The notes beneath the pieces are model-generated. The model did not search any database and was not told where the DNA came from. It worked only from the letters and a program-made list of their open reading frames with translations. A stretch of 64,000 nucleotides of DNA from Eledone cirrhosa (lineage: Eukaryota), in assembly GCA_964016885.1 (NCBI GenBank), contig OZ024741.1:386136001-386200000 (forward strand), given 5' to 3'. The first letter of the stretch is position 1. Each line of letters opens with the position of its first letter. The translations under genes were made by a program, and so were the position numbers. Shown here in pieces: positions 15,001 through 27,000 of the stretch.

Positions 15001-18000
15001 GTTGTTGTAGTAGTTATAGTTGTTGTTGTGGTAGTTATAGTTGTTGTTGTAGTAGTTATAGTTGTTGTTGTGGTAGTTATAGTTGTTGTTGTGGTAGTTA
15101 TAGTTGTTGTTGTGGTAGTTATATTTGTTGTTGTGGTAGTTATAGTTGTTGTTGTGGTAGTTATAGTTGTTGTTGTAGTAGTTATAGTTGTTGTTGTGGT
15201 AGTTATAGTTGTTGTTGTGGTAGTTATAGTTGTTGTTGCGGTAGTTATAGTTGTTGTTGTAGTAGTGATAGTTGTTGTTGTAGTAGTTATAGTTGTTGTT
15301 GTGGTAGTTATAGTTGTTGTTGTGGTAGTTATAATTTTTGTTGTAGTAGTTATAGTTGTTGTTGTGGTAGTTATAGTTGTCGTTGTAGTAGTTATAGTTG
15401 TTGTTGTGGTAGTTATAGTTGTTGTTGTAGTAGTTATAGTTGTTGTTGTATTAGTTATAATTGTTGTTGTAGTAGTTATAGTTGTTGTTGTGGTAGTTAT
15501 AATTGTTGTTGTAGTAGTTATAGTTGTTGTTGTGGTAGTTATAGTTGTTGTTGTTGTAGTTATAGTTGTTGTTGCAGTAGTTATAGTTGTTGTTGTAGTA
15601 GTTATAGTTGTTGTTGTAGTAGTTATAGTTGTTGTTGTGGTAGTTATAGTTGTTGTTGTAGTAGTTATAGTTGTTGTTGTGGTAGTTATAGTTGTTGTTG
15701 TATTAGTTATAGTTGTGGTTGTGGTAGTTATAGTTGTTGTTGTAGTAGTTATAGTTGTTGTTGTAGTAGTTATAGTTGTTGTTGTTGTAGTTATAGTTGT
15801 TTTTGTGGTAGTTGTAGTTGTTGTTGTAGTAGTTATAGTTGTTGTTGTGGTAGTTATAGTTGTTGTTTTTGTAGTTATAGTTGTTGCTGTGGTAGTTATA
15901 GTTGTTGTTGTAGTAGTTATAGTTGTTGTTGTGGTAGTTATAGTTGTTGTTCTGGTAGTTATAGTTCTTGTTTAATAGTTATAGTTGTTGTTGTGGTAGT
16001 TATAGTTGTTGCAGTAGTTATAGTTGTTGTTGTAGTTATAGTTGTTGTTGTGGTAGTTATAGTTGTTGTTGTGGTAGTTATAGTTGTTGTTGTAGTAGTT
16101 ATAGTTGTTGTCGTAGTAGTTATAGTTGTTGTTGTGGTAGTTATAGTTGTTGTTGTAGTAGTTATAGTTGTTGTTGTGGTAGTTATAGTTGTTGTTGTGG
16201 TAGTTATAGTTGTTGTTGTGGTAGTTATAGTTGTTGTTGTATTAGTTATAGTTGTTGTTGTGGTAGTTATATTTGTTGTTGTGGTAGTTATAGTTGTTGT
16301 TGTAGTAGTTATAGTTGTTGTTGTGGTAGTTATAGTTGTTGTTGTGGTAGTTATAGTTGTTGTTGTGGTAGTTATAGTTGTTGTTGTAGTAGTTATAGTT
16401 GTTGTTGTGGTAGTTATAGTTGCTGTTGTGGTAGTTATAGTTGCTGTTGTGGTAGTTTTAGTTGTTGTTGTGGTAGTTATAGTTGTTGTTGTAGTAGTTA
16501 TAGTTGTTGTTGTGGTAGTTATAATTGTTGTTGTGGTAGTTATAGTTGCTGTTGTGGTAGTTATATTTGTTGTTGTGGTAGTTATAGTTGTTGTTGTAGT
16601 AGTTATAGTTGTTGTTGTGGTAGTTATAGTTGTTGTTGTAGTAGTTATAGTTGTTGTTGTGGTAGTTATAGGTGTTGTTGTAGTAGTTATAGTTGTTGTT
16701 GTGGTAGTTATAGTTGTTGTGGTAGTTATAGTTGCTGTTGTGGTAGTTTTAGTTGTTGTTGTGGTAGTTATAGTTGTTGTTGTAGTAGTTATAGTTGTTG
16801 TTGTGGTAGTTATAGTTGTTGTTGTGGTAGTTATAGTTGTTGTTGTGGTAGTTATATTTGTTGTTGTGGTAGTTATAGTTGTTGTTGTGGTAGTTATAGT
16901 TGTTGTTGTAGTAGTTATAGTTGTTGTTGTAGTTATAGTTGTTGTTGTGGTAGTTATAGTTGTTGTTGCGGTAGTTATAGTTGTTGTTGTAGTAGTGATA
17001 GTTGTTGTTGTAGTAGTTATAGTTGTTGTTGTGGTAGTTATAGTTGTTGTTGTGGTAGTTATAGTTGTTGTTGTAGTAGTTATAGTTGTTGTTGTAGTAG
17101 TTATAGTTGTTGTTGTGGTAGTTATAGTTGTTGTTGTGGTAGTTATAGTTGTTGTTGTGGTAGTTATAGTTTTTGTTGTGGTAGTTATAGTTGTTGTTGC
17201 AGTAGTTATAGTTGTTGTTGTATTAGTTATAGTTGTTTTTGTGGTAGTTATAGTTGTTGTTGTGGTAGTTATAGTTGTTGTTGTGGTAGTTATAGGTGTT
17301 GTTGTTGTAGTTATAGTTGTTGTTGTGGTAGTTATAGTTGTTGTTGTGGTAGTTATAGGTGTTGTTGTTGTAGTTATAGTTGTTGTTGCAGTAGTTATAG
17401 TTGTTGTTGTATTAGTTATAGTTGTTTTTGTGGTAGTTATAGTTGTTGTTGTGGTAGTTATAGTTGTTGTTGTGGTAGTTATAGGTGTTGTTGTTGTAGT
17501 TATAGTTGTTGTTGTAGTAGTTATAGTTGTTGTTGTGGTAGTTATAGTTGTTGTTGTAGTAGTTATAGTTGTTGTTGTAGTAGTTATAGTTGTTGTTGTG
17601 GTAGTTATAGTTGTTGTTGTAGTAGTTATAGTTGTTGTTGTGGTAGTTATAGTTGTTGTTGCAGTAGTTATAGTTGTTGTTGTAGTAGTTATAGTTGTTG
17701 TTGTAGTAGTTATAGTTGTTGTTGTGGTAGTTATAGTTGTTGTAGTAGTTATAGTTGTTGTTGTAATAGTTATAGTTGTTGTTGTGGTAGTTATAGTTGT
17801 TGTAGTAGTTATAGTTGTTGTTGTAATAGTTATAGTTGTTGTTGTGGTAGTTATAGTTGTTGTTGTGTTAGTTATAGTTGTTGTAGTAGTTATAGTTGTT
17901 GTTTAATAGTTATAGTTGTTGTTGTAATAGTTATAGTTGTTGTTGTAATAGTTATAGTTGTTGTTGTAGTAGTTATAGTTGTTGTAGTAGTTATAGTTGT

Positions 18001-21000
18001 TGTTGTAATAGTTATAGTTGTTGTTGTGGTAGTTATAGTTGTTGTTGTGTTAGTTATAGTTGTTGTTGCAGTAGTTATAGTTGTTGTTTAATAGTTATAG
18101 TTGTTGTTGTAATAGTTATAGTTGTTGTTGTAATAGTTATAGTTGTTGTTGTAGTAGTTATAATTGTTGTAGTAGTTATAGTTGTTGTTGTAATAGTTAT
18201 AGTTGTTGTTGTGGTAGTTATAGTTGTTGTTGTGTTAGTTATAGTTGTTGTTTAATAGTTATAGTTGTTGTTGTAATAGTTATAGTTGTTGTTGTAGTAG
18301 TTATAGTTGTTGTTGTAGTAGTTATAGTTGTTGTTGTGGTAGTTATAGTTGTTGTTGTAGTAGTTATAGTTGTTGTTGTGGTAGTTATAGTTGTTGTTGT
18401 GGTAGTTATAGTTGTTGTTGTAGTAGTTATAGTTGTTGTTGTGGTAGTTATAGTTGTTGTTGTGGTAGTTATAGTTGTTGTTTAATAGTTATAGTTGTTT
18501 GTGTTGTAGTTATAGTTGTTGTTGTAATAGTTATAGTTGTTGTTGTAGTAGTTATAGTTGTTGTTGTGGTAGTTATAGTTGTTGTTGTAGTAGTTATAGT
18601 TGTTGTTGTGGTAGTTATAGTTGTTGTTGTGGTAGTTATAGTTGTTGTTTAATAGTTATAGTTGTTTGTGTTGTAGTTATAGTTGTTGATGTAGTAGTTA
18701 TAGTTGTTGTTGTAGTAGTTATAGTTGTCGTTGTGGTAGTTATAGTTGTTGTTGTGGTAGTTATAGTTGTTGTTATAGTAGTTATAGTTGTTGTTGTGGT
18801 AGTTATAGTTGTTGCAGTAGTTATAGTTGTTGTTGTAGTTATAGTTGTTGTTGTGGTAGTTATAGTTGTTGTTGCAGCAGTTATAGTTGTTGTTGTGGTA
18901 GTTATAGTTGTTGTTGTAGTAGTTATAGTTGTTGTTGTGGTAGTTATAGTTGTTGTTGTGGTAGTTATAGTTGTTGTTGTAGTAGTTATTGTTGTTGCAG
19001 TAGTTATAGTTGTTGTTGTGGTAGTTATAGATGTTGTTGTGGTAGTTTTAGTTGTTGTTGTGGTAGTTATAGTTGTTGTTGTGGTAGTTACAGTTGTTGC
19101 AGTAGTTATAGTTGTTGTTGTGGTAGTTATAGTTGTTGTTGTAGTAGTTATAGTTGTTGTTGTGGTAGTTATAGTTGTTGTTGTAGTAGTTATAGTTGTT
19201 GTTGTGGTAGTTATAGTTGTTGTTGTGGTAGTTATAGTTGTTGTTGTGGTAGTTATAGTTGTTGTTGTATTAGTTATAGTTGTTGTTGTGGTAGTTATAT
19301 TTGTTGTTGTGGTAGTTATAGTTGTTGTTGTAGTAGTTATAGTTGTTGTTTTGGAAGTTATAGTTGTTGTTGTAGTAGTTATAGTTGTTGTTGTGGTAGT
19401 TATAGTTGTTGTTGTTGTAGTTATAGTTGTTGTTGTGGTAGTTATATTTGTTGTTGTGGTAGTTATAGTTGTTGTTGTGGTAGTTATAGTTGTTGTTGTA
19501 GTAGTTATAGTTGTTGTTGTGGTAGTTATAGTTGTTGTTGTGGTAGTTATAGTTGTTGTTGCGGTAGTTATAGTTGTTGTTGTAGTAGTGATAGTTGTTG
19601 TTGTAGTAGTTATAGTTGTTGTTGTGGTAGTTATAGTTGTTGTTGTGGTAGTTATAGTTGTTGTTGTAGTAGTTATAGTTGTTGTTGTGGTAGTTATAGT
19701 TGTCGTTGTAGTAGTTATAGTTGTTGTTGTGGTAGTTATAGTTGTTGTTGTAGTAGTTATAGTTGTTGTTGTATTAGTTATAATTGTTGTTGTAGTAGTT
19801 ATAGTTGTTGTTGTGGTAGTTATAATTGTTGTTGTAGTAGTTATAGTTGTTATTGTGGTAGTTATAGTTGTTGTTGTAGTAGTTATAGTTGTTGTTGCAG
19901 TAGTTATAGTTGTTGTTGTAGTAGTTATAGTTGTTGTTGTAGTAGTTATAGTTGTTGTTGTGGTAGTTATAGTTGTTGTTGTAGTAGTTATAGTTGTTGT
20001 TGTGGTAGTTATAGTGGTTGTTGTATTAGTTATAATTGTGGTTGTGGTAGTTATAGTTGTTGTTGTAGTAGTTATAGTTGTTGTTGTAGTAGTTATAGTT
20101 GTTGTTGTTGTAGTTATAGTTGTTTTTGTGGTAGTTGTAGTTGTTGTTGTAGTAGTTATAGTTGTTGTTGTGGTAGTTATAGTTGTTGTTTTTGTAGTTA
20201 TAGTTGTTGCTGTGGTAGTTATAGTTGTTGTTGTAGTAGTTATAGTTGTTGTTGTGGTAGTTATAGTTGTTGTTCTGGTAGTTATAGTTCTTGTTTAATA
20301 GTTAAAGTTGTTGTTGTGGTAGTTATAGTTGTTGCAGTAGTTATAGTTGTTGTTGTAGTTATAGTTGTTGTTGTGGTAGTTATAGTTGTTGTTGTGGTAG
20401 TTATAGTTGTTGTTGTAGTAGTTATAGTTGTTGTTGTTGTAGTTATAGTTGTTGTTGTTGTAGTTATAGTTGTTGTTGTAATAGTTATAGTTGTTGTTGT
20501 AGTAGTTATAGTTGTTGTTGTGGTAGTTATAGCTGTTGCAGTAGTTATAGTTGTTGTTGTAGTTATAGTTGTTGTTGTGGTAGTTATAGTTGTTGTTGCA
20601 GTAGTTATAGTTGTTGTTGTGGTACTTATAGTTGTTGTTGTAGTAGTTATAGTTGTTGTTGTGGTAGTTATAGTTGTTGTTGTGGTAGTTATAGTTGTTG
20701 TTGTGGTAGTTATAGATGTTGTTGTGGTAGTTATAGTTGTTGTTGTGGTAGTTATAGATGTTGTTGTGGTAGTTATAGTTGTTGTTGTGGTAGTTATAGT
20801 TGTTGTTGTGGTAGTTACACTTGTTGCAGTATTTATAGTTGTTGTTGTGGTAGTTATAGTTGCTGTTGTGGTAGTTACTGTTGTTGCAGTAGTTATAGTT
20901 GTTGTTGTGGTAGTTATAGTTGTTGTTGTAGTAGTTATAGTTGTTGTTGTGGTAGTTATAGTTGTTGTTGTGGTAGTTATAGTTGTTGCAGTAATTATAG

Positions 21001-24000
21001 TTGTTGTTGTGGTAGTTATAGATGTTGTTGTGGTAGTTATATTTGTTGTTGTGGTAGTTATAGTTGTTGTTGTGGTAGTTACAGTTGTTGCAGTAGTTAT
21101 AGTTGTCGTTGTGGTAGTTATAGATGTTGTTGTGGTAGTTATAGTTGTTGTTGTGGTAGTTATAGTTGTTGTTGTAGTAGTTATAGTTGTTGTTGTGGTA
21201 GTTATAGTTGTTGTTGTGGTAGTTATAGTTGTTGTTGTAGTAGTTATAGTTGTTGCAGTAGTTATAGTTGTTGTTGTGGTAGTTATAGATGTTGTGGTAG
21301 TTATAGTTGTTGTTGTGGTAGTTATAGTTGTTGTTGTGGTAGTTACAGTTGTTGCAGTAGTTATAGTTGTTGTTGTGGTAGTTATAGTTGTTGTTGTGGT
21401 AGTTATAGTTTTTGTTGTGGTAGTTATAGTTGTTGTTGCAGTAGTTATAGTTGTTGTTGTATTAGTTATAGTTGTTTTTGTGGTAGTTATAGTTGTTGTT
21501 GTGGTAGTTATAGGTGTTGTTGTTGTAGTTATAGTTGTTGTTGTGGTAGTTATAGTTGTTGTTGTAGTAGTTATAGTTGTTGTTGTGGTAGTTATAGTTG
21601 TTGTTGTGGTAGTTATAGTTGTTGTTGTGGTAGTTACAGTTGTTGCAGTAGTTATAGTTGTTGTTGTGGTAGTTATAGTTGTTGTTGTGGTAGTTATAGT
21701 TTTTGTTGTGGTAGTTATAGTTGTTGTTGCAGTAGTTATAGTTGTTGTTGTATTAGTTATAGTTGTTTTTGTGGTAGTTATAGTTGTTGTTGTGGTAGTT
21801 ATAGTTGTTGTTGTGGTAGTTATAGGTGTTGTTGTTGTAGTTATAGTTGTTGTTGTGGTAGTTATAGTTGTTGTTGTAGTAGTTATAGTTGTTGTTGTAG
21901 TAGTTATAGTTGTTGTTGTGGTAGTTATAGTTGTTGTTGTAGTAGTTATAGTTGTTGTTGTGGTAGTTATAGTTGTTGTTGCAGTAGTTATAGTTGTTGT
22001 TGTAGTAGTTATAGTTGTTGTTGTAGTAGTTATAGTTGTTGTTGTGGTAGTTATAGTTGTTGTAGTAGTTATAGTTGTTGTTGTAATAGTTATAGTTGTT
22101 GTTGTGGTAGTTATAGTTGTTGTAGTAGTTATAGTTGTTGTTGTAATAGTTATAGTTGTTGTTGTGGTAGTTATAGTTGTTGTTGTGTTAGTTATAGTTG
22201 TTGTTGTAGTAGTTATAGTTGTTGTTTAATAGTTATAGTTGTTGTTGTAATAGTTATAGTTGTTGTTGTAATAGTTATAGTTGTTGTTGTAGTAGTTATA
22301 GTTGTTGTAGTAGTTATAGTTGTTGTTGTAATAGTTATAGTTGTTGTTGTGGTAGTTATAGTTGTTGTTGTGTTAGTTATAGTTGTTGTTTAATAGTTAT
22401 AGTTGTTGTTGTAATAGTTATAGTTGTTGTTGTAGTAGTTATAGTTGTTGTTGTAGTAGTTATAGTTGTTGTTGTGGTAGTTATAGTTGTTGTTGTAGTA
22501 GTTATAGTTGTTGTTGTGGTAGTTATAGTTGTTGTTGTGGTAGTTATAGTTGTTGTTGTAGTAGTTATAGTTGTTGTTGTGGTAGTTATAGTTGTTGTTG
22601 TGGTAGTTATAGTTGTTGTTTAATAGTTATAGTTGTTTGTGTTGTAGTTATAGTTGTTGTTGTAATAGTTATAGTTGTTGTTGTAGTAGTTATAGTTGTT
22701 GTTGTGGTAGTTATAGTTGTTGTTGTAGTAGTTATAGTTGTTGTTGTGGTAGTTATAGTTGTTGTTGTGGTAGTTATAGTTGTTGTTTAATAGTTATAGT
22801 TGTTTGTGTTGTAGTTATAGTTGTTGATGTAGTAGTTATAGTTGTTGTTGTAGTAGTTATAGTTGTTGTTGTGGTAGTTATAGTTGTTGTTGTGGTAGTT
22901 ATAGTTGTTGTTATAGTAGTTATAGTTGTTGTTGTGGTAGTTATAGTTGTTGCAGTAGTTATAGTTGTTGTTGTAGTTATAGTTGTTGTTGTGGTAGTTA
23001 TAGTTGTTGTTGCAGTAGTTATAGTTGTTGTTGTGGTAGTTATAGTTGTTGTTGTAGTAGTTATAGTTGTTGTTGTGGTAGTTATAGTTGTTGTTGTGGT
23101 AGTTGTAGTTGTTGTTGTAGTAGTTATAGTTGTTGCAGTAGTTATAGTTGTTGTTGTGGTAGTTATAGATGTTGTTGTGGTAGTTTTAGTTGTTGTTGTG
23201 GTAGTTATAGTTGTTGTTGTGGTAGTTACAGTTGTTGCAGTAGTTATAGTTGTTGTTGTGGTAGTTATAGTTGTTGTTGTAGTAGTTATAGTTGTTGTTG
23301 TGGTAGTTATAGTTGTTGTTGTAGTAGTTATAGTTGTTGTTGTGGTAGTTATAGTTGTTGTTGTGGTAGTTATAGTTGTTGTTGTGGTAGTTATAGTTGT
23401 TGTTGTATTAGTTATAGTTGTTGTTGTGGTAGTTATATTTGTTGTTGTGGTAGTTATAGTTGTTGTTGTAGTAGTTATAGTTGTTGTTTTGGAAGTTATA
23501 GTTGTTGTTGTAGTAGTTATAGTTGTTGTTGTGGTAGTTATAGTTGTTGTTGTTGTAGTTATAGTTGTTGTTGTGGTAGTTATATTTGTTGTTGTGGTAG
23601 TTATAGTTGTTGTTGTGGTAGTTATAGTTGTTGTTGTAGTAGTTATAGTTGTTGTTGTGGTAGTTATAGTTGTTGTTGCGGTAGTTATAGTTGTTGTTGT
23701 GGTAGTGATAGTTGTTGTTGTAGTAGTTATAGTTGTTGTTGTGGTAGTTATAGTTGTTGTTGTGGTAGTTATAGTTGTTGTTGTAGTAGTTATAGTTGTT
23801 GTTGTGGTAGTTATAGTTGTCGTTGTAGTAGTTATAGTTGTTGTTGTGGTAGTTATAGTTGTTGTTGTAGTAGTTATAGTTGTTGTTGTATTAGTTATAA
23901 TTGTTGTTGTAGTAGTTATAGTTGTTGTTGTGGTAGTTATAATTGTTGTTGTAGTAGTTATAGTTGTTATTGTGGTAGTTATAGTTGTTGTTGTAGTAGT

Positions 24001-27000
24001 TATAGTTGTTGTTGCAGTAGTTATAGTTGTTGTTGTAGTAGTTATAGTTGTTGTTGTAGTAGTTATAGTTGTTGTTGTGGTAGTTATAGTTGTTGTTGTA
24101 GTAGTTATAGTTGTTGTTGTGGTAGTTATAGTTGTTGTTGTATTAGTTATAGTTGTGGTTGTGGTAGTTATAGTTGTTGTTGTAGTAGTTATAGTTGTTG
24201 TTGTAGTAGTTATAGTTGTTGTTGTTGTAGTTATAGTTGTTTTTGTGGTAGTTGTAGTTGTTGTTGTAGTAGTTATAGTTGTTGTTGTGGTAGTTATAGT
24301 TGTTGTTTTTGTAGTTATAGTTGTTGCTGTGGTAGTTATAGTTGTTGTTGTAGTAGTTATAGTTGTTGTTGTGGTAGTTATAGTTGTTGTTCTGGTAGTT
24401 ATAGTTCTTGTTTAATAGTTAAAGTTGTTGTTGTGGTAGTTATAGTTGTTGCAGTAGTTATAGTTGTTGTTGTAGTTATAGTTGTTGTTGTGGTAGTTAT
24501 AGTTGTTGTTGTGGTAGTTATAGTTGTTGTTGTGGTAGTTATAGTTGTTGTTGTAGTTATAGTTGTTGTTGTAGTAGTTATAGTTGTTGTTGTGGTAGTT
24601 ATAGCTGTTGCAGTAGTTATAGTTGTTGTTGTAGTTATAGTTGTTGTTGTGGTAGTTATAGTTGTTGTTGCAGTAGTTATAGTTGTTGTTGTGGTAGTTA
24701 TAGTTGTTGTTGTAGTAGTTATAGTTGTTGTTGTGGTAGTTATAGTTGTTGTTGTGGTAGTTATAGTTGTTGTTGTGGTAGTTATAGATGTTGTTGTGGT
24801 AGTTATAGTTGTTGTTGTGGTAGTTATAGATGTTGTTGTGGTAGTTATAGTTGTTGTTGTGGTAGTTATAGTTGTTGTTGTGGTAGTTACACTTGTTGCA
24901 GTATTTATAGTTGTTGTTGTGGTAGTTATAGTTGTTGTTGTGGTAGTTACAGTTGTTGCAGTAGTTATAGTTGTTGTTGTGGTAGTTATAGTTGTTGTTG
25001 TAGTAGTTATAGTTGTTGTTGTGGTAGTTATAGTTGTTGTTGTGGTAGTTATAGTTGTTGCAGTAATTATAGTTGTTGTTGTGGTAGTTATAGATGTTGT
25101 TGTGGTAGTTATAGTTGTTGTTGTGGTAGTTATAGTTGTTGTTGTGGTAGTTACAGTTGTTGCAGTAGTTATAGTTGTTGTTGTGGTAGTTATAGATGTT
25201 GTTGTGGTAGTTATAGTTGTTGTTGTGGTAGTTATAGTTGTTGTTGTAGTAGTTATAGTTGTTGTTGTGGTAGTTATAGTTGTTGTTGTGGTAGTTATAG
25301 TTGTTGTTGTAGTAGTTATAGTTGTTGCAGTAGTTATAGTTGTTGTTGTGGTAGTTATAGATGTTGTGGTAGTTATAGTTGTTGTTGTGGTAGATATAGT
25401 TGTTGTTGTGGTAGTTACAGTTGTTGCAGTAGTTATAGTTGTTGTTGTAGTAGTTATAGTTGTTGTTGTGGTAGTTATAGTTGTTGTTGTAGTAGTTATA
25501 GTTGTTGTTGTGGTAGTTATAGTTGTTGTTGTAGTAGTTATAGTTGTTGTTGTGGTAGTTATAGTTGTTGTTGTGGTAGTTATAGTTGTTGTTGTAGTAG
25601 TTATAGAGTTTGTTGTGGTAGTTATAGTTGTTGTTGTGGTAGTTATAGTTGTTGTTGTGGTAGTTATAGTTGTTGTTGTAGTAGTTATAGTTGTTGTTGT
25701 GGTAGTTATAGTTGCTGTTGTGGTAGTTATAGTTGTTGTTGTGGTAGTTATAGTTGTTGTTGTGGTAGTTATAGTTGTTGTTGTATTAGTTATAGTTGTT
25801 GTTGTGGTAGTTATATTTGTTGTTGTGGTAGTTATAGTTGTTGTTGTAGTAGTTATAGTTGTTGTTGTGGTAGTTATAGTTGTTGTTGTAGTAGTTATAG
25901 TTGTTGTTGTGGTAGTTATAGTTGTTGTTGTGGTAGTTATAGTTGTTGTTGTGGTAGTTATATTTGTTGTTGTGGTAGTTATAGTTGTTGTTGTAGTAGT
26001 TATAGTTGTTGTTGTGGTAGTTATAGTTGTCGTTGTAGTAGTTATAGTTGTTGTTGTGGTAGTTATAGTTGTTGTTGTAGTAGTTATAGTTGTTGTATTA
26101 GTTATAATTGTTGTTGTAGTAGTTATAGTTGTTGTTGTGGTAGTTATAATTGTTGTTGTAGTAGTTATAGTTGTTGTTGTGGTCGTTATAGTTGTTGTTG
26201 TAGTAGTTATAGTTGTTGTTGCAGTAGTTATAGTTGTTGTTGTAGTAGTTATAGTTGTTGTTGTAGTAGTTATAGTTGTTGTTGTGGTAGTTATAGTTGT
26301 TGTTGTAGTAGTTATAGTTGTTGTGGTGGTAGTTATAGTTGTTGTTGTATTAGTTATAGTTGTGGTTGTGGTAGTTATAGTTGTTGTTGTAGTAGTTATA
26401 GTTGTTGTTGTAGTAGTTATAGTTGTTGTTGTTGTAGTTATAGTTGTTTTTGTGGTAGTTGTAGTTGTTGTTGTAGTAGTTATAGTTGTTGTTGTGGTAG
26501 TTATAGTTGTTGTTTTTGTAGTTATAGTTGTTGCTGTGGTAGTTATAGTTGTTGTTGTAGTAGTTATAGTTGTTGTTGTAGTAGTTATAGTTGTTGTGGT
26601 AGTTATAGTTCTTGTTTAATAGTTATAGTTGTTGTTGTGGTAGTTATAGTTGTTGCAGTAGTTATAGTTGTTGTTGTAGTTATAGTTGTTGTTGTGGTAG
26701 TTATAGTTGTTGTTGTGGTAGTTATAGTTGTTGTTGTAGTAGTTATAGTTGTTGTTGTTGTAGTTATAGTTGTTGTTGTGGTAGTTATAGTTGTTGTTGT
26801 AGTTATAGTTGTTGTTGTAGTAGTTATAGTTGTTGTTGTGGTAGTTATAGCTGTTGCAGTAGTTATAGTTGTTGTTGTAGTTATAGTTGTTGTTGTGGTA
26901 GTTATAGTTGTTGTTGCAGTAGTTATAGTTGTTGTTGTGGTAGTTATAGTTGTTGTTGTAGTAGTTATAGTTGTTGTTGTGGAAGTTATAGTTGTTGTTG

